Source: Squalus acanthias
Taxonomy: Eukaryota
Direction: 5' to 3'
Length of the DNA: 64,000 nucleotides
Assembly (NCBI GenBank): GCA_030390025.1
Contig: CM059432.1
Coordinates: 40,054,001 to 40,118,000, forward strand
Below are positions 62,540 through 64,000 of the stretch, one piece after another. How positions within the stretch are numbered: the stretch's first letter is position 1; each line of letters opens with the position of its first letter. The position numbers and the translations under genes were made by a program. The notes under the pieces are model-generated. The model was not told the origin of the DNA and made no database searches. It saw nothing but the letters and a program-made list of their open reading frames with translations.

Positions 62540-62950
62540 GGGCAACACGGTGGCATAGTGGTTAGCACTGGTGCCTCACAGCGCCAGGGACCCGGGTTCG
62601 AATCTGACCTCGGGTGACTGTCTGTGTGGAGTTTGCACATTCTCCCCGTGTCTGCGTGGGTTTCCTCCGGGTGCTCCGGTTTCCTCCCACAGTCCAAAAA
62701 TGTGCGGGTTAGGTTGATTTGGCTATGATAAATTGACCCTTAGTGTTAGGGGGGGATTAAATATGTGGGGTGATGGGATATGTTAGGGGGAATTAAATAC
62801 GTGGGGTTACGGGGGTAGGGTGGGATATGTGTACTGTGGGGATTAAAGCAGGGACAGGGTACTGGATTTGGATGATCAGCCATGATCGTATTGAATGGTG
62901 GAGCAGGCTCGACGGGCCGAATGGCCTACTCCTGCTCCTAGATTCTATGT
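62540..62950 (+). mobile_element. V-SINE (HE1-like) with CR1 tail
   Basis: tggcatagtgg A box, ggttcgaatc B box, V-domain ctccccgtgtctgcgtgggtttcctccgggtgctccggtttcctcccac, CR1 3' end. Confidence 0.85.
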
Positions 62951-63391
62951 TTAAAAAAAAACTGGAAGGGCCAATGGACATTTATTTGCATCCCCTTTCT
63001 AAGAGCATATGTCATTTGCATTTAAGTGTTACTTATGCTGTTTCTCTTCACCTGAAATAGCAAAGTATTTATGAAAATTTGTTATCTTAAAAGGGTTAAT
63101 TCACATTAGTGCATAAAAATATAGATTTGGAACAAGTACAGGAAAATTGAGGTTATTTCATGACCTAAAAATGAGAATCTTCCCAAAATAACAGCATATT
63201 TGACTTCATTCAGCAGCAGCCAGAATTGACAAGTTACTTAGCATCAGGTTTCTGTTGTGATTTGGTTGGCTCCAAGCATGATTTCAGCTGCTTTTTTTTT
63301 GCGAGCGAACTGTGAGTCTGAGCAACAAAATCTCTTTCATTTCCTAATCACTACCCATTTTTAAAAAATTTCAGATACAATAGTTTTTTTT

Positions 63392-63457
63392 ATTAGGTTG
63401 TTCCACAGAGGCTTCAGTTTTCCTATATAGTGGAGCAGATCTTTCTTTTCGTCTCCT
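63392..63457 (-). pseudogene. Second NOP53-like fragment
   Basis: 55/63 nt identical to 34685-34747 plus a 3-nt indel; GDEKKDLLHYIGKLKPLWNNLI. Confidence 0.5.
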
Positions 63458-63821
63458 TTTCACTATCGTTCATCCTTGAACTTTAATTACCAATTGTCTA
63501 TGTAAAAAAAAAGTTTTGTACTATTGCAAAGAGGTGGTTTTGTAACTGTTCATCGTGTTCTCTTGGTGTTTACATTGAGTCATATGATTCCGTGACTGCA
63601 CAGCTGTTCATCTTCACAAATTACTGCAGTAAATATTTGCCCATGTGCCTACTTTGTTCCTGCTGAAGATTTATGTACATTACCAATCTAATTTTTGCAG
63701 TTGAACAAAAGTAAAATAGGTATGAATACAGTACCAGCTTACTTGACCTGAAGCTGCTTATGTTTGCAATTGCAATAGGTAAACTTGTACTATATGCACT
63801 ATTTACTGGGTCTATTCAGTA

Positions 63822-64000
63822 AACAATAACAGCTTGTATTTATATAGTGCCTTTAACGTAGTGAAACTTCCCAAGGCGCTTCACAGGAGCGTTCTAAAAC
63901 AAAATTAGGAGAAATTAGGGCAGAGGGTCCTAGAGGTACATTTTAAGGAGTGTCTTAAAGGAGGAAAGAGAGGCTGAGAATTTTAGGGAGGGAATTCCAG
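63822..64000 (-). mobile_element. L2 LINE 3' end (continues past the window)
   Basis: Reverse complement of the L2 tail at 7060-7190. Confidence 0.7.

Noticed and set aside
62540..62612. tRNA gene
   Set aside because: A/B boxes continue into a V-domain and CR1 tail, so it is a SINE head; the same applies to 10985-11060 and 54679-54760
58516..64000. NAGPA exon 3
   Set aside because: No YLSEEEV..QLLSGVVWL-like sequence found by eye; probably beyond the window

Overview
Eukaryotic, repeat-rich genomic DNA; the repeat families point to a cartilaginous fish (shark/ray, inferred). It holds a complete 9-exon NDUFAF6 gene on the minus strand (CDS 35823 to 13818, 319 aa, all GT-AG introns, phases consistent). 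Head-to-head with it, 349 bp away, are the first two coding exons of NAGPA on the plus strand (36173-36294, 58036-58515; the rest lies beyond the window). The shared CpG-rich promoter carries an NRF1-type site and two CLEAR/E-box sites. Introns and flanks are packed with CR1, L2 and RTE LINEs, tRNA-derived SINEs, palindromic MITEs and young Penelope-like elements (PLEs). Most notable: (1) an identical 241-bp tandem, PLE-derived and non-coding, carrying two intact minimal hammerhead ribozymes in the sense orientation of NDUFAF6 intron 3, i.e. a retrozyme-like cassette; (2) further hammerheads, including a second family in a 126-bp foldback; (3) two dispersed copies of a short fragment resembling NOP53 mRNA; (4) intronless decayed MROH-like coding sequence. 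Family assignments come from recognition of motifs by eye, not from database searches.
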